Virus record (IMG/VR): IMGVR_UViG_3300045988_127559
Source of the DNA: a virus
Length of the DNA stretch: 35,352 nucleotides
Direction: 5' to 3' (one strand)
Shown piece after piece: positions 17,080-27,048 of the stretch. The stretch's first letter is position 1. Every line of letters starts with the position of its first letter. The position numbers and the translations under genes are program-made. The notes under the pieces are model-generated. The model searched no databases, was not told the origin of the DNA, and saw only the letters and a program-made list of their open reading frames with translations.

Positions 17080-19455
17080 ATGGCAGATGGTGATGTAGTT
17101 TATAAAGTTGATGTTGATGATGGACAAGTCTCTAGCCAATTAGATAAGGTTAGTTCAAAAATCGAAAATTCAAGCGAAAAAACATCAAATGAACAAAAGA
17201 AAGACTTTAAGGAAACAAGTAAAGAATTTGCAAAACAATCGCAAAAAATGGTTGGTGATAATAAAGAAGCCAACAGCCAAATAGAAAAAGATAGTGGCGG
17301 ATTAGGAAGCAAATTAAAGGAAACGTTCAAAAATGCATTTGGTGGAATAGGTGAAAGCATTAAAGAAAATGCCGAGACTATAACTGCACCAATGGATGAA
17401 ATAGCAAGTAATATTGGGATGTCTTTTGGAACGTTAGCTAAAGCAGGAGTTATCGGTGGAATATTAGCTATTGGAACCGCAGCGGTAGGCACAGCAAGTG
17501 ACGTCGAATCGGCAATGAATAAATTTCAAGCGCAAACAGGCGTAGCTAATGAAGAATTAGACAAATATGAAGAAACCATGAAAGATATTTACACTGGCAA
17601 CTATGGCGAATCTTTCGAAAACGTTGCTGATAGTATGGCGAAAGTTAAACAACAGCTTGGTGAAATCGATCAAAAAGATATGAAAAATGTCACTGAGGGA
17701 TTGTTAACGCTAGAAAGCACTATGGACATGGATTTTGACGAAACATTAAGAGGTACTAACCAATTAATGGAGCAGTTTGGTATAACATCCGAAGAAGCCT
17801 TAGACCTAATTGCAAAAGGTGGACAAGTTGGTTTAGATAAGACCCACGAGCTAGGAGATAACATATCTGAATACGCTGGAAAATTTAGTCAAGCTGGTTA
17901 TAGTGCGGAAGAATATTTTCAGTTGTTAGAAAATGGTCTAGAGGGTGGAGCATATAATCTAGATAAAGTAAATGACGCTATAAATGAAGTAACAACAAGG
18001 TTAGCAGATGGAACTATCGAAGACAATCTAAAATCTTTTAGCAAGGAAACGCAAAATACATTTAAGTCTTGGCAAAATGGTAAAGCCACACAAAAAGAAG
18101 TCATAGACAGTATTGTAAAAGATATAAAAAATGCGACTAATGAGCAGGATAAAATGACTTTATCTGCTACAGCATTCGGAACCATGGGTGAGGATGCTAA
18201 TACTAAATTTATTGAATCGTTATCAAGCGTTGGTGACACGTTTAATGATGTTAATGGAACTATGGATAAAGTTAAAGACAACGCTGGCAAAGGGTTAGGG
18301 GCACAGTTTCAAAGTCTAATAAGAAGCACACAAATGTTGATTGAACCATTAGGTAAAGCGTTATTGCCTATTTTAAACTCATTGGTGAGTATACTTGGAA
18401 CCATAATGGAAGTAGCTAGTCCATTATTTGAAATTATAGGGGATATTATTACAACGGTAAACGATTGGTTAGCAAATATAAAGTGGGATGAAGTTTTTAA
18501 AGAAGTCTGGGAAGGTGTGACAGATGCCTTTGCGGTGGCTTGGGAGACAATAAAATCAATAGGTCAATGGTTTGTTGATTTGTGGAATGGTATCGGTACG
18601 TGGTGGAGTGAATTAAACGCTAAAATCGATGCAACCATTATAGAGACGTGGAACGGTATTCAAACATGGTGGAATGAATTAATTAGCGGGATTGTTGCAT
18701 GGTTTCAGGAAACGTGGAATGGTTTAGCGACATGGTTTAATGATTTATGGAACGGAATTGCAACAGCATTTAATAACACAGTTAATGGAATAAAAGATTT
18801 CTTTATTAATGGTTTTAATCTCATGGTTGAGGGCGCTAAAAACGCGATGAATAATTTAAGTAATTGGATATCATCGATTATAAACAATATAAAAGGAATA
18901 TTTAACGGAATTATAAGCTTTATAAGCGGTGTATTTTCGGGTAATTGGCGTCAGGCATGGGAGGGGATAAAACAAATATTCTCTAACATAGTAAATGGCT
19001 TTGCTAACATATTCAAAAGCCCGATAAACTGGATAATAGACGGAATCAATACGTTTATAAGCGGTTTAAATAAAATAAAAATTCCCGATTGGGTTCCAGT
19101 TGTAGGCGGAAAAGGTTTTAACATTGGGAAAATACCAAGATTAAAAGTCGGTATGGATTATGTACCAAGTGATTTTTTCCCTGCGTATTTGGATAAAGGT
19201 GAAATGGTACTTACAGCACCCGAAGCGCAAAAAGTGCGCTCATACGGCGGAATACAAGGTATAGAGAGTATGTTAAGTGCCAATCTTGTTACAAACAATG
19301 AAATGGGTCTTGATTATGGAAAACTAGCCGAAGCAATGGCGGATGTTACTATACAGATTTATCTAGACGGCAAAGTCGTAGGCTATAGTATAACGGGATC
19401 AGTCGATCAAAACATGGGAATTATAACTTCACGCAAAGGGAGATACGGAATATGA
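17080..19455 (+). CDS. Tape measure protein
   Basis: About 790 aa, with an internal hydrophobic G/A-rich segment and Trp-periodic repeats (TWNGIQTWWNEL, TWNGLATWFNDLWNGI). ATG 17080 follows AAAGGAG. Confidence 0.9.
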   Translation: MADGDVVYKVDVDDGQVSSQLDKVSSKIENSSEKTSNEQKKDFKETSKEFAKQSQKMVGDNKEANSQIEKDSGGLGSKLKETFKNAFGGIGESIKENAETITAPMDEIASNIGMSFGTLAKAGVIGGILAIGTAAVGTASDVESAMNKFQAQTGVANEELDKYEETMKDIYTGNYGESFENVADSMAKVKQQLGEIDQKDMKNVTEGLLTLESTMDMDFDETLRGTNQLMEQFGITSEEALDLIAKGGQVGLDKTHELGDNISEYAGKFSQAGYSAEEYFQLLENGLEGGAYNLDKVNDAINEVTTRLADGTIEDNLKSFSKETQNTFKSWQNGKATQKEVIDSIVKDIKNATNEQDKMTLSATAFGTMGEDANTKFIESLSSVGDTFNDVNGTMDKVKDNAGKGLGAQFQSLIRSTQMLIEPLGKALLPILNSLVSILGTIMEVASPLFEIIGDIITTVNDWLANIKWDEVFKEVWEGVTDAFAVAWETIKSIGQWFVDLWNGIGTWWSELNAKIDATIIETWNGIQTWWNELISGIVAWFQETWNGLATWFNDLWNGIATAFNNTVNGIKDFFINGFNLMVEGAKNAMNNLSNWISSIINNIKGIFNGIISFISGVFSGNWRQAWEGIKQIFSNIVNGFANIFKSPINWIIDGINTFISGLNKIKIPDWVPVVGGKGFNIGKIPRLKVGMDYVPSDFFPAYLDKGEMVLTAPEAQKVRSYGGIQGIESMLSANLVTNNEMGLDYGKLAEAMADVTIQIYLDGKVVGYSITGSVDQNMGIITSRKGRYGI

Positions 19456-19880
19456 GAGAAGATGTAAGATTTAAAATCAATAATGATGATTTTTTGTTAA
19501 GCGATTATCATTTGTGTGTTGAATCATATTCTATTGGTATCCCCGAGGTTAAGAGCTTTTTTCAAGAGATACCGTATTCTAATGTTGTTTATGACTATAC
19601 AGAATATTTTGGAAGTCCTACATATAGCCAACGCCCAATAACTATAAATTGCAAACTAATGAAATCGACACCGTGCTGGCAAAAAATAATGCAAAAAGTT
19701 CTTGAACTCATGCACGGTCAAAGAGGTATGTTCAGTTTCGCAAGCGATAGTGAGTGGTATTATAATGGGAGAATTTCTATTGATACTGACGAGCATGATA
19801 ATTGGAACTTTGCTACCGTTACATTATCGATAATTTGTGATCCGTTAAAAACGAACATGGAGGGGGCGAGCAAACTTTGA
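19452..19880 (+). CDS. Distal tail protein (Dit)-like, short form
   Basis: Immediately after the tape measure with an ATGA overlap. 142 aa. Confidence 0.5.
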   Translation: MREDVRFKINNDDFLLSDYHLCVESYSIGIPEVKSFFQEIPYSNVVYDYTEYFGSPTYSQRPITINCKLMKSTPCWQKIMQKVLELMHGQRGMFSFASDSEWYYNGRISIDTDEHDNWNFATVTLSIICDPLKTNMEGASKL

Positions 19881-21910
19881 AATTAAAATTAATGTGCGAT
19901 GCCGATATATTGTTTGACAGTACGACAAATATGTATAAAGCTATGTCGATCGATTTAACGGAACAAGTTAATACAACTAATACATTGGTGTTTACTCTCC
20001 CGCCTTTTAATCCTAATTATGATAAACCGCAAAAAATGACATCTGTAATCGAATTATATAGAAATGATGCCCTTGCGTTTGAGGGGCGGGTGCTGTATAC
20101 CGATGATGATATTTTGGGCAATAGAACATTTACTTGCGAGGGTTCTTTAGCTTATTTCCTTGACAGTATAGTAAGACCTAATACAACGCAGGATACAACT
20201 ATCCGCGATTATCTTCAAGGTCTTTTAAATCAGCATAACGCACAAGTTGAAGAACAAAAGCGATTTACACTTGGAATTGTTAATGTTACCAATACAACTG
20301 ACAATGTATATCGTATAGACAATGATTATTCAAATACATTAACAGTAATGCAAGAAAAATTAGTTAACCGTTTAGGCGGATATTTAAGGGTTAGAAAAGA
20401 AAACAACGTAAGATATCTTGATTACTTGGAAGAGTATGGAACAACATCAAATCAAACTATAGAATTTCAAAAAAATATATTAGATTTGACACAGCGTATA
20501 TCTGCGGAAAATGTAATAACCGCGCTAATACCTTTAGGTGTTAAAAATGAAGAAACGGGGTTACCGCTAACGATTGAAAGCGTGAATGACGGTAAAGATT
20601 ATTTAGTAAATGAAACTGCCGTAAGCCTATTTGGCTATATATACGGTAAGAACGAGTGGGAAGATGTTACATTACCCGAAAACCTAAAAACAAAGGGAGA
20701 AGCCTTTTTGCAGGAAAATATAAAAGCTTCGTGGAGCATAGAAGTAAATGCCACTGATTTATCGATGCTAGACGTATCGATTGATACATTGGATTTGGGA
20801 ATGAGTGTTCCAGTTATATCCGTACCGCATAAATTAGACGAAAATTTTACAATTAAGAAAAAAGAAACTAAATATCTGCAACCGCAAGATAGCGAAATAA
20901 CTTTAGACACTGTCATAAAACGAAACACTGATCAAGTTTCAAGCACTGACCGACAATTAGGACAGTTGGAAACAATACAGACTGACAGATTTATGGCTAT
21001 TGTGAAAGAACAGACCAATTTAATTACGGGCGGTTCGGGCGGAAATATGCAGTATGGATTTAATGACAGTGGTTTACCAAGTGAAATCTTTTTTCTAGAC
21101 AATCCCGATAAAGAACTAGCAAAAAAAGTATTAAGAATAAATCAAAACGGGATTGGGTTTTCTAAAAATGGGATTAATGGTCCTTTTGAAACGGCATGGA
21201 CATTAGACGGCGTATTTAATGCTAATTATATTACCGCTGGTATTCTACAAGGAATACAAATAATTGCAGATTTAGGTATGCTTGGCGGTTGGACAATGGA
21301 CAGTACATCTCTGTCAAGCGGAAGTACGGTCGGAATTATTCTAGATTCAAGCGAACCAAGCATTGCGACATATCATCCTGATACGGATTATATCGGCATG
21401 AAAATGTATAATGGCGGATTGGCTGTATACTCTTACGCTAATAAAGGGACATACGTGGGACAATTGTCAAGCGGAGCAGATGGAACGGTGCTGCAGGGCG
21501 CATATGGGCACAATTTATCTCTCGGTATAAGTACAGATAATACAAATACTGCGCTTGATGGTTATTTAGTTATGGATAATGGCGAAGTGTCATGCTATAA
21601 AACGTTAAATATGCGCGGACACAGTATAATAAATCAATCAGACAAACGATTAAAGAAAAATATAAAAGATATAGATTGTTCTTTTGTATATGATTTAGAA
21701 GTAAAACAATTTGATTACTTAAACGGTGATAAAAACAGAATTGGTATACTTGCAAATGATTATACGAACAAAGGCTATTCTAAATATTTTCTACATAAAG
21801 GAAAAGACGGGTATTATGGTGTAGATTACCAAAATATTATGAATGCACTGATTAAATGCGTGCAGGAACAAAACAACCGTATAAAAGCGTTAGAAAGGGG
21901 AACAAAATGA
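19877..21910 (+). CDS. Tail-associated (Tal / prophage-tail endopeptidase-like) protein with C-terminal S74 intramolecular chaperone domain
   Basis: 677 aa after Dit. TTG start overlapping the stop, SD GGAGGGGG. C-terminus SDKRLKKNIKDI...GILANDY...VDYQNIMNALIKCVQEQNNRIKALE is the auto-cleaving chaperone signature. Confidence 0.75.
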   Translation: MKLKLMCDADILFDSTTNMYKAMSIDLTEQVNTTNTLVFTLPPFNPNYDKPQKMTSVIELYRNDALAFEGRVLYTDDDILGNRTFTCEGSLAYFLDSIVRPNTTQDTTIRDYLQGLLNQHNAQVEEQKRFTLGIVNVTNTTDNVYRIDNDYSNTLTVMQEKLVNRLGGYLRVRKENNVRYLDYLEEYGTTSNQTIEFQKNILDLTQRISAENVITALIPLGVKNEETGLPLTIESVNDGKDYLVNETAVSLFGYIYGKNEWEDVTLPENLKTKGEAFLQENIKASWSIEVNATDLSMLDVSIDTLDLGMSVPVISVPHKLDENFTIKKKETKYLQPQDSEITLDTVIKRNTDQVSSTDRQLGQLETIQTDRFMAIVKEQTNLITGGSGGNMQYGFNDSGLPSEIFFLDNPDKELAKKVLRINQNGIGFSKNGINGPFETAWTLDGVFNANYITAGILQGIQIIADLGMLGGWTMDSTSLSSGSTVGIILDSSEPSIATYHPDTDYIGMKMYNGGLAVYSYANKGTYVGQLSSGADGTVLQGAYGHNLSLGISTDNTNTALDGYLVMDNGEVSCYKTLNMRGHSIINQSDKRLKKNIKDIDCSFVYDLEVKQFDYLNGDKNRIGILANDYTNKGYSKYFLHKGKDGYYGVDYQNIMNALIKCVQEQNNRIKALERGTK

Positions 21911-24900
21911 TATTTAGTACAATAACACAAAACAATCTTAATTTAACCGCTGATACTACCGAAATCCCAGCACAGTATAGCAATAATATACAGTTTAAAT
22001 TTATTCAAGACAATGAACGTTTTAGCGGATATATACCGACTATTTATATTGGTGTATATGACAGTGCAATGATAGAGTGCGGCGACGTTATTAGTGCTGG
22101 TGGCGCGGTTGTTGTAGACGGTGACGGTGTGTTTGCTATATCTAATGAAATAATGTATCGTAACGGCTTTTTAGCGGTTGGGGTAACATTAACCAACAAT
22201 GACGAGAACGTATCTCTAAAGCCCGTTATTTACCGTATACAAGCAAGCGTTGGCGGATTAAGTCCATTACCGCCAGATGAGGGCGAATGGCAACAGGTTG
22301 TTAAGGCATTTGTTGAAACACTGTTTAATAACTGGTCTGCTGAAAATCTCGATCCAATAAAAGCACAGCTTGAAGAACTTATCTCTACAGCACAAACACA
22401 ACAAGAAAAAATAACATCACAGCAAACGCAGATTGATAATGCGATTGGAAACATGGGAGATTATGAAATCGTACAAGAAGACCCCGTACAAATAAGATTT
22501 AAAAAAGGTGATGGAACATTCGGGGAAACTGTTGATTTAGGCGACGGATTAGCATCTAAAGCAATGGTAAATGCTGGCTATTATACTTATAAAGGTATTA
22601 GTTATGGTGGTTCTGCAAGTAATAACGGGATTGACGTTGCAGAAATAGACGGAGCATATTCCCAAGAAACTACAAACGGGTTTCAGTTGTTCGATGCTAG
22701 TAAATTCCATACTGAATCGCAAGGCGGAGCGACTGTTACTAATAATAGGGACGGAAGTTTTACTGTAAGTGGTAGCGGAGCGTTAACGGCTGATTTTCAA
22801 CAAAGAATCACATATACACATGAAGAAACTTTAAAATTATTAAAAGTTGGAGCATTAAAAATAATTAAGTCGACTGTATACCCTATGGTTGAGTTTGGAA
22901 TAACCAACGCTGAAACAGGAGTATGGAAAAAGAATTCAAATTCATTTTTAGGTAAACAATTAGATATTGTGGCAGAAGATTTACAAAACGGTAACTATTT
23001 AGTAGTTAAATTTTTTGGTGCTAAAGATACAGCTATCGCCCCAGGAACAATCAAACCAATGCTCTACCAAGACGGAGACGGAACTTTTGAGCCATTCACG
23101 GGCGGTATTGCTAGTCCTAACCCCGAATATCCTCAAGAGCCTAAGTTTGTTGGTGATATAGGTCAAAACTTATTCGATGCAAGTAAACTATCTACTAAAT
23201 CACAAGGTGGAGTTACAGTAACTAACAACGGTGATGGTTCATTTACCATTAGTGGTAGCGGTAATACTACCGATAGTTATACAAATTATTTTGAAGGTGC
23301 TTTAAATGTAACACTTAAAGAAGGAACTATTTATTTGAAAAATGTCGGAAATATTACAAATCCATATTTGTCAATTGAATTTAAAAATAGTGATGGAGTT
23401 GTTATAAAAAGATTAAGTTTGAGTGGGGTTATACAATCAAGTGTTTCATTAACAAGTGATGATGTGTCGAAAATAAAAATTGTTAGATATGCTTTTTATA
23501 CGCCTAAATCTGTGGCTATTCAAACAGGAACAGTCAAACCAATGCTCTATCAAGACGGAGACGGAACATATCGCCCATATAGCGAAACTCCTAAGTATTA
23601 TTTGGATTTTATGACGAGTGGGAAGAATTTGTTTAACATCAATGGTAATGTAAATGTTGATGGATATAGTAAGGAACAAAAGACTACTAATACGGTGAAA
23701 AACGGAGTTTTAACTTGTAATGTAAGTAGCGCTACTGCTCATGGTGTCGGTCAAAGGTTATATGGTTTAAAGGGTAAAACAATTTCAGTGTCTGCTAAAT
23801 TAAAATCATTGGGAGAGGCTACATTAGGTAATATGTATATATATGAGAGTAGCGGAACTTATAAAGTAGTTAGTAATACAACAGCGCTTGATACAGTTTT
23901 CGCTATTAATAATTATACTTGCCAAACTGATGATATTGTCGTAGCGTTCGCAAGTGGCAACGGTACAGGAGTGCAATTCTACGATATTATGGTAAACTAT
24001 GGTGCAAAATTCGTTGACTACGAACCATTCACGGGCTTCGAAACCACAACCGTAGAACTAAACCCACCTTTACGAGCGTTGCCGAACGGTGTTAAGGACA
24101 CAATAGAAAACGGTATTGCTACAAGACGAGTTGGGGAAATAACTTTTGACGGTTCAGAGATGTGGTATAAAAATAGTGGTAGTAACTCTAATAATTGGAT
24201 GTACTATGTTACCATAGCGCACATTAGAGCAAAAGGATTGTGCGATTCGTTACTACACAAGGAAATAGCCGATATAAATAGTGACGGTGCTAGGATTAAT
24301 CGAGTTGGTTTTAATTTTAATCATAATGCAACTGTTATGTATCTTAACGTTGGGTACTATATGCAACAAGCTGGGCTAACCAACACGGTAGACAACCTAA
24401 AAACTTGGCTACAATCTAACCCTATTACCGTATGGTATGAACTCGCTACGCCAACTACGGAACAAATTACGTTGCCTACTCTGCCGAGTTGGTATCCTTA
24501 TACTGATGCGTGGGTTGGAACTGAATTACAACCTAGCTTTGTAGAATGGCATATCAAAATCGCAGGAGTTAACCAAAATGATTTAACCGTTATTAAAGAA
24601 GATATATCGCAATTACAAACCGAAACCACGCAGTTAAACGATGATGTTACAAGGCTTATGGGAGCTTTTACATCGGTGACAGATTTAACTAAGCAATTAT
24701 TCTTGCTTATGCATCGTGTAGGTGATATTATTTTCAGCACTTCCGACGAAAACCCAAGTACAATTTACGGCGGAACATGGGTAGCGTGGGGCAAAGGTCA
24801 AGTACCAGTTGGTGTCGACACAAGCGATAGTGATTTCAACACTGTAGAAAAAACGGGCGGAGAAAAAGAACATACATTGACTGTCGATGAAATGCCGAGC

Positions 24901-25074
24901 CATAAACATGATTTCGGACAACAATTTACAGGCATGCCAGTGTCGAGCGGGAACTATGGTTATTATATGATTGCAGGAACACAAACCGATGTTATAAAAA
25001 ATACAGGTGGAAACCAACCGCATAACAACTTACAGCCATATATAACTTGCTATATGTGGAAAAGAACTGCATAA
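21907..25074 (+). CDS. Receptor-binding / tail fibre protein with three tandem putative carbohydrate-binding modules and a C-terminal tail-collar domain
   Basis: 1055 aa from ATG 21907 (ATGA overlap). Internal repeats LFDASK..SQGG.TVTNN.DGSFT.SGSG...KPMLYQDGDGT. C-terminus GGEKEHTLTVDEMPSHKH...GGNQPHNNLQPY matches the phage tail collar pattern. Confidence 0.8.
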   Translation: MIFSTITQNNLNLTADTTEIPAQYSNNIQFKFIQDNERFSGYIPTIYIGVYDSAMIECGDVISAGGAVVVDGDGVFAISNEIMYRNGFLAVGVTLTNNDENVSLKPVIYRIQASVGGLSPLPPDEGEWQQVVKAFVETLFNNWSAENLDPIKAQLEELISTAQTQQEKITSQQTQIDNAIGNMGDYEIVQEDPVQIRFKKGDGTFGETVDLGDGLASKAMVNAGYYTYKGISYGGSASNNGIDVAEIDGAYSQETTNGFQLFDASKFHTESQGGATVTNNRDGSFTVSGSGALTADFQQRITYTHEETLKLLKVGALKIIKSTVYPMVEFGITNAETGVWKKNSNSFLGKQLDIVAEDLQNGNYLVVKFFGAKDTAIAPGTIKPMLYQDGDGTFEPFTGGIASPNPEYPQEPKFVGDIGQNLFDASKLSTKSQGGVTVTNNGDGSFTISGSGNTTDSYTNYFEGALNVTLKEGTIYLKNVGNITNPYLSIEFKNSDGVVIKRLSLSGVIQSSVSLTSDDVSKIKIVRYAFYTPKSVAIQTGTVKPMLYQDGDGTYRPYSETPKYYLDFMTSGKNLFNINGNVNVDGYSKEQKTTNTVKNGVLTCNVSSATAHGVGQRLYGLKGKTISVSAKLKSLGEATLGNMYIYESSGTYKVVSNTTALDTVFAINNYTCQTDDIVVAFASGNGTGVQFYDIMVNYGAKFVDYEPFTGFETTTVELNPPLRALPNGVKDTIENGIATRRVGEITFDGSEMWYKNSGSNSNNWMYYVTIAHIRAKGLCDSLLHKEIADINSDGARINRVGFNFNHNATVMYLNVGYYMQQAGLTNTVDNLKTWLQSNPITVWYELATPTTEQITLPTLPSWYPYTDAWVGTELQPSFVEWHIKIAGVNQNDLTVIKEDISQLQTETTQLNDDVTRLMGAFTSVTDLTKQLFLLMHRVGDIIFSTSDENPSTIYGGTWVAWGKGQVPVGVDTSDSDFNTVEKTGGEKEHTLTVDEMPSHKHDFGQQFTGMPVSSGNYGYYMIAGTQTDVIKNTGGNQPHNNLQPYITCYMWKRTA

Positions 25075-25080
25075 AAACTT

Positions 25081-25100
25081 AAAGGCCGAAAGGCCTTTTT
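25081..25100 (+). terminator. Rho-independent terminator after the tail genes
   Basis: aaaggcc-gaaa-ggccttttt. Confidence 0.75.
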
Positions 25101-25125
25101 AATATTAATAAAGTGAGGTAATTTT

Positions 25126-25404
25126 ATGAACAAAATTAATTTAAAAATCAGATTTAAAAACCCTGTGTTTATTGCACAAATTGTATTAGCTGTTTTAACG
25201 CCTATTTTGGCTTATGCGGGGCTTACCGCACAAGACCTAACAACATGGGGAGCGTTAGGAAAACTGCTTTTAAATGCTGTTTCTAACCCTTATGTACTAT
25301 CTTTGGTGGTTGTATCTGTATGGAATGCAATCAACGACCCTACTACAAGCGGAGTAGCAGACAGCGAACGTGCACTAAACTACACTGAGCCTAAAAAGGA
25401 TTAG
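25126..25404 (+). CDS. Holin (phi LC3 family-like)
   Basis: 92 aa with two hydrophobic helices. AINDPTTSGVADSERALNYTEP matches the family C-terminal motif. Upstream of the endolysin. Confidence 0.8.
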   Translation: MNKINLKIRFKNPVFIAQIVLAVLTPILAYAGLTAQDLTTWGALGKLLLNAVSNPYVLSLVVVSVWNAINDPTTSGVADSERALNYTEPKKD

Positions 25405-25408
25405 CGTT

Positions 25409-25672
25409 ATGAACGAAGCGGAAATGATAGGCTCTGTTATTGCAGGAGGGGTAGCAATTTTTAGTTTTGTTACCCCTATGCTTAAGCTAAATTCGAACAT
25501 AACACGTATGAACACACTGCTTGAAAGGATAATCGAAGATAACAACCGACAAGACAAGCGGTTAGATGCACATAGTGAACGGCTTGACGTTATCGTAGAA
25601 CAGCAACGCAGAAACGAAAAAATAATTGATATACATGAATTGCGTATCAACAATTTAGAAAATAGAAATTAA
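25409..25672 (+). CDS. Small membrane-anchored coiled-coil protein in the lysis cassette
   Basis: N-terminal TM (IGSVIAGGVAIFSFVTPML) plus a charged helical tail. Lies between holin and endolysin. Confidence 0.55.
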   Translation: MNEAEMIGSVIAGGVAIFSFVTPMLKLNSNITRMNTLLERIIEDNNRQDKRLDAHSERLDVIVEQQRRNEKIIDIHELRINNLENRN

Positions 25673-25685
25673 GGAGGAAAATAAG

Positions 25686-26612
25686 ATGGCAACAGTAAAT
25701 GAATTATTAAATCAAGCACGGGCTTGGATTGGAAAAAAGGAATCAAATGGAAGTCATAAAGAGATTATTGATATTTATAATGGTCACAAACCATTAGCAA
25801 GAGGTTACAAAGTAAAATATACAGACAGTTGGTGTGCTACTTTTATTAGTGCATTAGCTATTAAATGTAATTGTACGGATATTATTCCAACTGAAGCATC
25901 ATGCGGAAAAATGATCGAACTGTTTAAAAATATTGGGTGTTGGCAAGAAGATGGCAATGTCACACCTAATCCGGGAGATATTATTTTTTATGACTGGGAT
26001 AAAAAAGATGGTTGGCCAGAACACGTTGGAATTGTAGAAAGTGTATCAGGCAATCAAATTACTGTAATTGAAGGTAATAAATCGGATGCAGTAGCTCGTA
26101 GAACTATTGCAGTTGGCAATGCATCTATTCGAGGTTATGGTGTACCTAAATATAGTGGATCAAATTCACAATCTACACCTAAACCTAGTGAAGTTAATTA
26201 TAAGGTTAGAGTAAATACGCCAAGCGGTGTAAACTGTCGTAATGCTCCAAACGGTGCAAAGGTTAAGGCTTATGCCAATGGTACAGAATTAACTATTTCT
26301 AAAGAGGAAAATGGTTGGGGATTTACTGGCGAAGGCTGGGTATCTCTACAATATTGCAAAGTTCAAGATAGTGTAGCACAAAATTTAGGGACTTATGAAG
26401 TTATTGCCAGTGATTTAAGTGTTCGTACTGGTCCTGGGACAAATTATCCACGTAAGACATATGCAGAGCTTAGTACAGATGCAAAAAAACATGATTATGA
26501 TAAAGATGGATGTCTAAACAAGGGTACGCGTGTTACTGTAAAGGAATGGAAAAACGGATTTGCTCGTATTCCTAGCGGATGGGTAAGTGGCGATTATCTA
26601 AAAAAGGTTTAA
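25686..26612 (+). CDS. Endolysin: N-terminal CHAP-type cysteine peptidase/amidase plus two SH3b-like wall-binding repeats
   Basis: Cys in YTDSWCATFISA and His in WPEHVGIVESV..ITVIEGN. Two repeats: YKVRVNTPSGVNCRNAPNG...GWV and YEVIASDLSVRTGPGTNY...GWVSGDYL. Confidence 0.9.
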   Translation: MATVNELLNQARAWIGKKESNGSHKEIIDIYNGHKPLARGYKVKYTDSWCATFISALAIKCNCTDIIPTEASCGKMIELFKNIGCWQEDGNVTPNPGDIIFYDWDKKDGWPEHVGIVESVSGNQITVIEGNKSDAVARRTIAVGNASIRGYGVPKYSGSNSQSTPKPSEVNYKVRVNTPSGVNCRNAPNGAKVKAYANGTELTISKEENGWGFTGEGWVSLQYCKVQDSVAQNLGTYEVIASDLSVRTGPGTNYPRKTYAELSTDAKKHDYDKDGCLNKGTRVTVKEWKNGFARIPSGWVSGDYLKKV

Positions 26613-26616
26613 TATT

Positions 26617-26865
26617 ATGTTTAAAAAGAAATTCGACACTATCAATGCTACTATTTTTATTCTCTTTCTAACTGTATTTGGTCTAAGTTTCACTACTCTT
26701 TATAAGGACTATCAGAAACATAATTTAGAGGTTAGGTTAGAATTAACAGAACAAGAATTACAGAATACACAAGCTGATAGAGATTATTATCAAGGGCAGT
26801 ATAAAAAATATTTTGAATTGTCCGAAGAGCTTCAAAATCAGATGGGTGTTTATGCTTATGAATAA
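26617..26865 (+). CDS. Membrane-anchored coiled-coil protein downstream of the endolysin
   Basis: N-terminal TM (ATIFILFLTVFGLSFTTL) followed by a Q/E-rich helix. Starts 4 nt after the lysin stop. Confidence 0.5.
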   Translation: MFKKKFDTINATIFILFLTVFGLSFTTLYKDYQKHNLEVRLELTEQELQNTQADRDYYQGQYKKYFELSEELQNQMGVYAYE

Positions 26866-27031
26866 GGTTTACTTGAAAATAGGCGCAGAAGATATTCAAG
26901 GAAATAAGCTGAATACACGGGTAGAGTATGTTCTTATGTATGTGGGGTTATCGCACAGCATTATCAACAATGGGTATCGTGATATACATGTAAATAATAA
27001 ATACATAAAATTCAAGCCTAGATCAAAATAA
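26852..27031 (+). CDS. Hypothetical small protein (start uncertain: 26852 or 26858)
   Basis: ORF overlapping the previous gene end, with a weak SD. Its stop lies in the loop of the terminator. Confidence 0.35.
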   Translation: MLMNKVYLKIGAEDIQGNKLNTRVEYVLMYVGLSHSIINNGYRDIHVNNKYIKFKPRSK

Positions 27032-27046
27032 TCTAGGCTTTTTTTA
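27015..27046. terminator. Bidirectional terminator between convergent late (+) and accessory (-) transcription
   Basis: agcctagat-caaaata-atctaggct (9-bp stem) followed by TTTTTTT on the + strand. The minus side has a weaker U-run. Confidence 0.8.
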
Positions 27047-27048
27047 TT

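Noticed and set aside
15570-17094. Major tail protein and tape measure protein both begin MADGD
   Set aside because: The DNA is not conserved beyond the five codons, so this is treated as coincidence.
17100-18290. Several 60-130-aa minus-strand ORFs inside the tape measure gene; similar ones occur inside the portal, capsid and fibre genes
   Set aside because: They lie antisense to clearly coding sequence, lack SDs, and have Ser/Leu/Pro-rich composition typical of antisense frames in AT-rich genomes.
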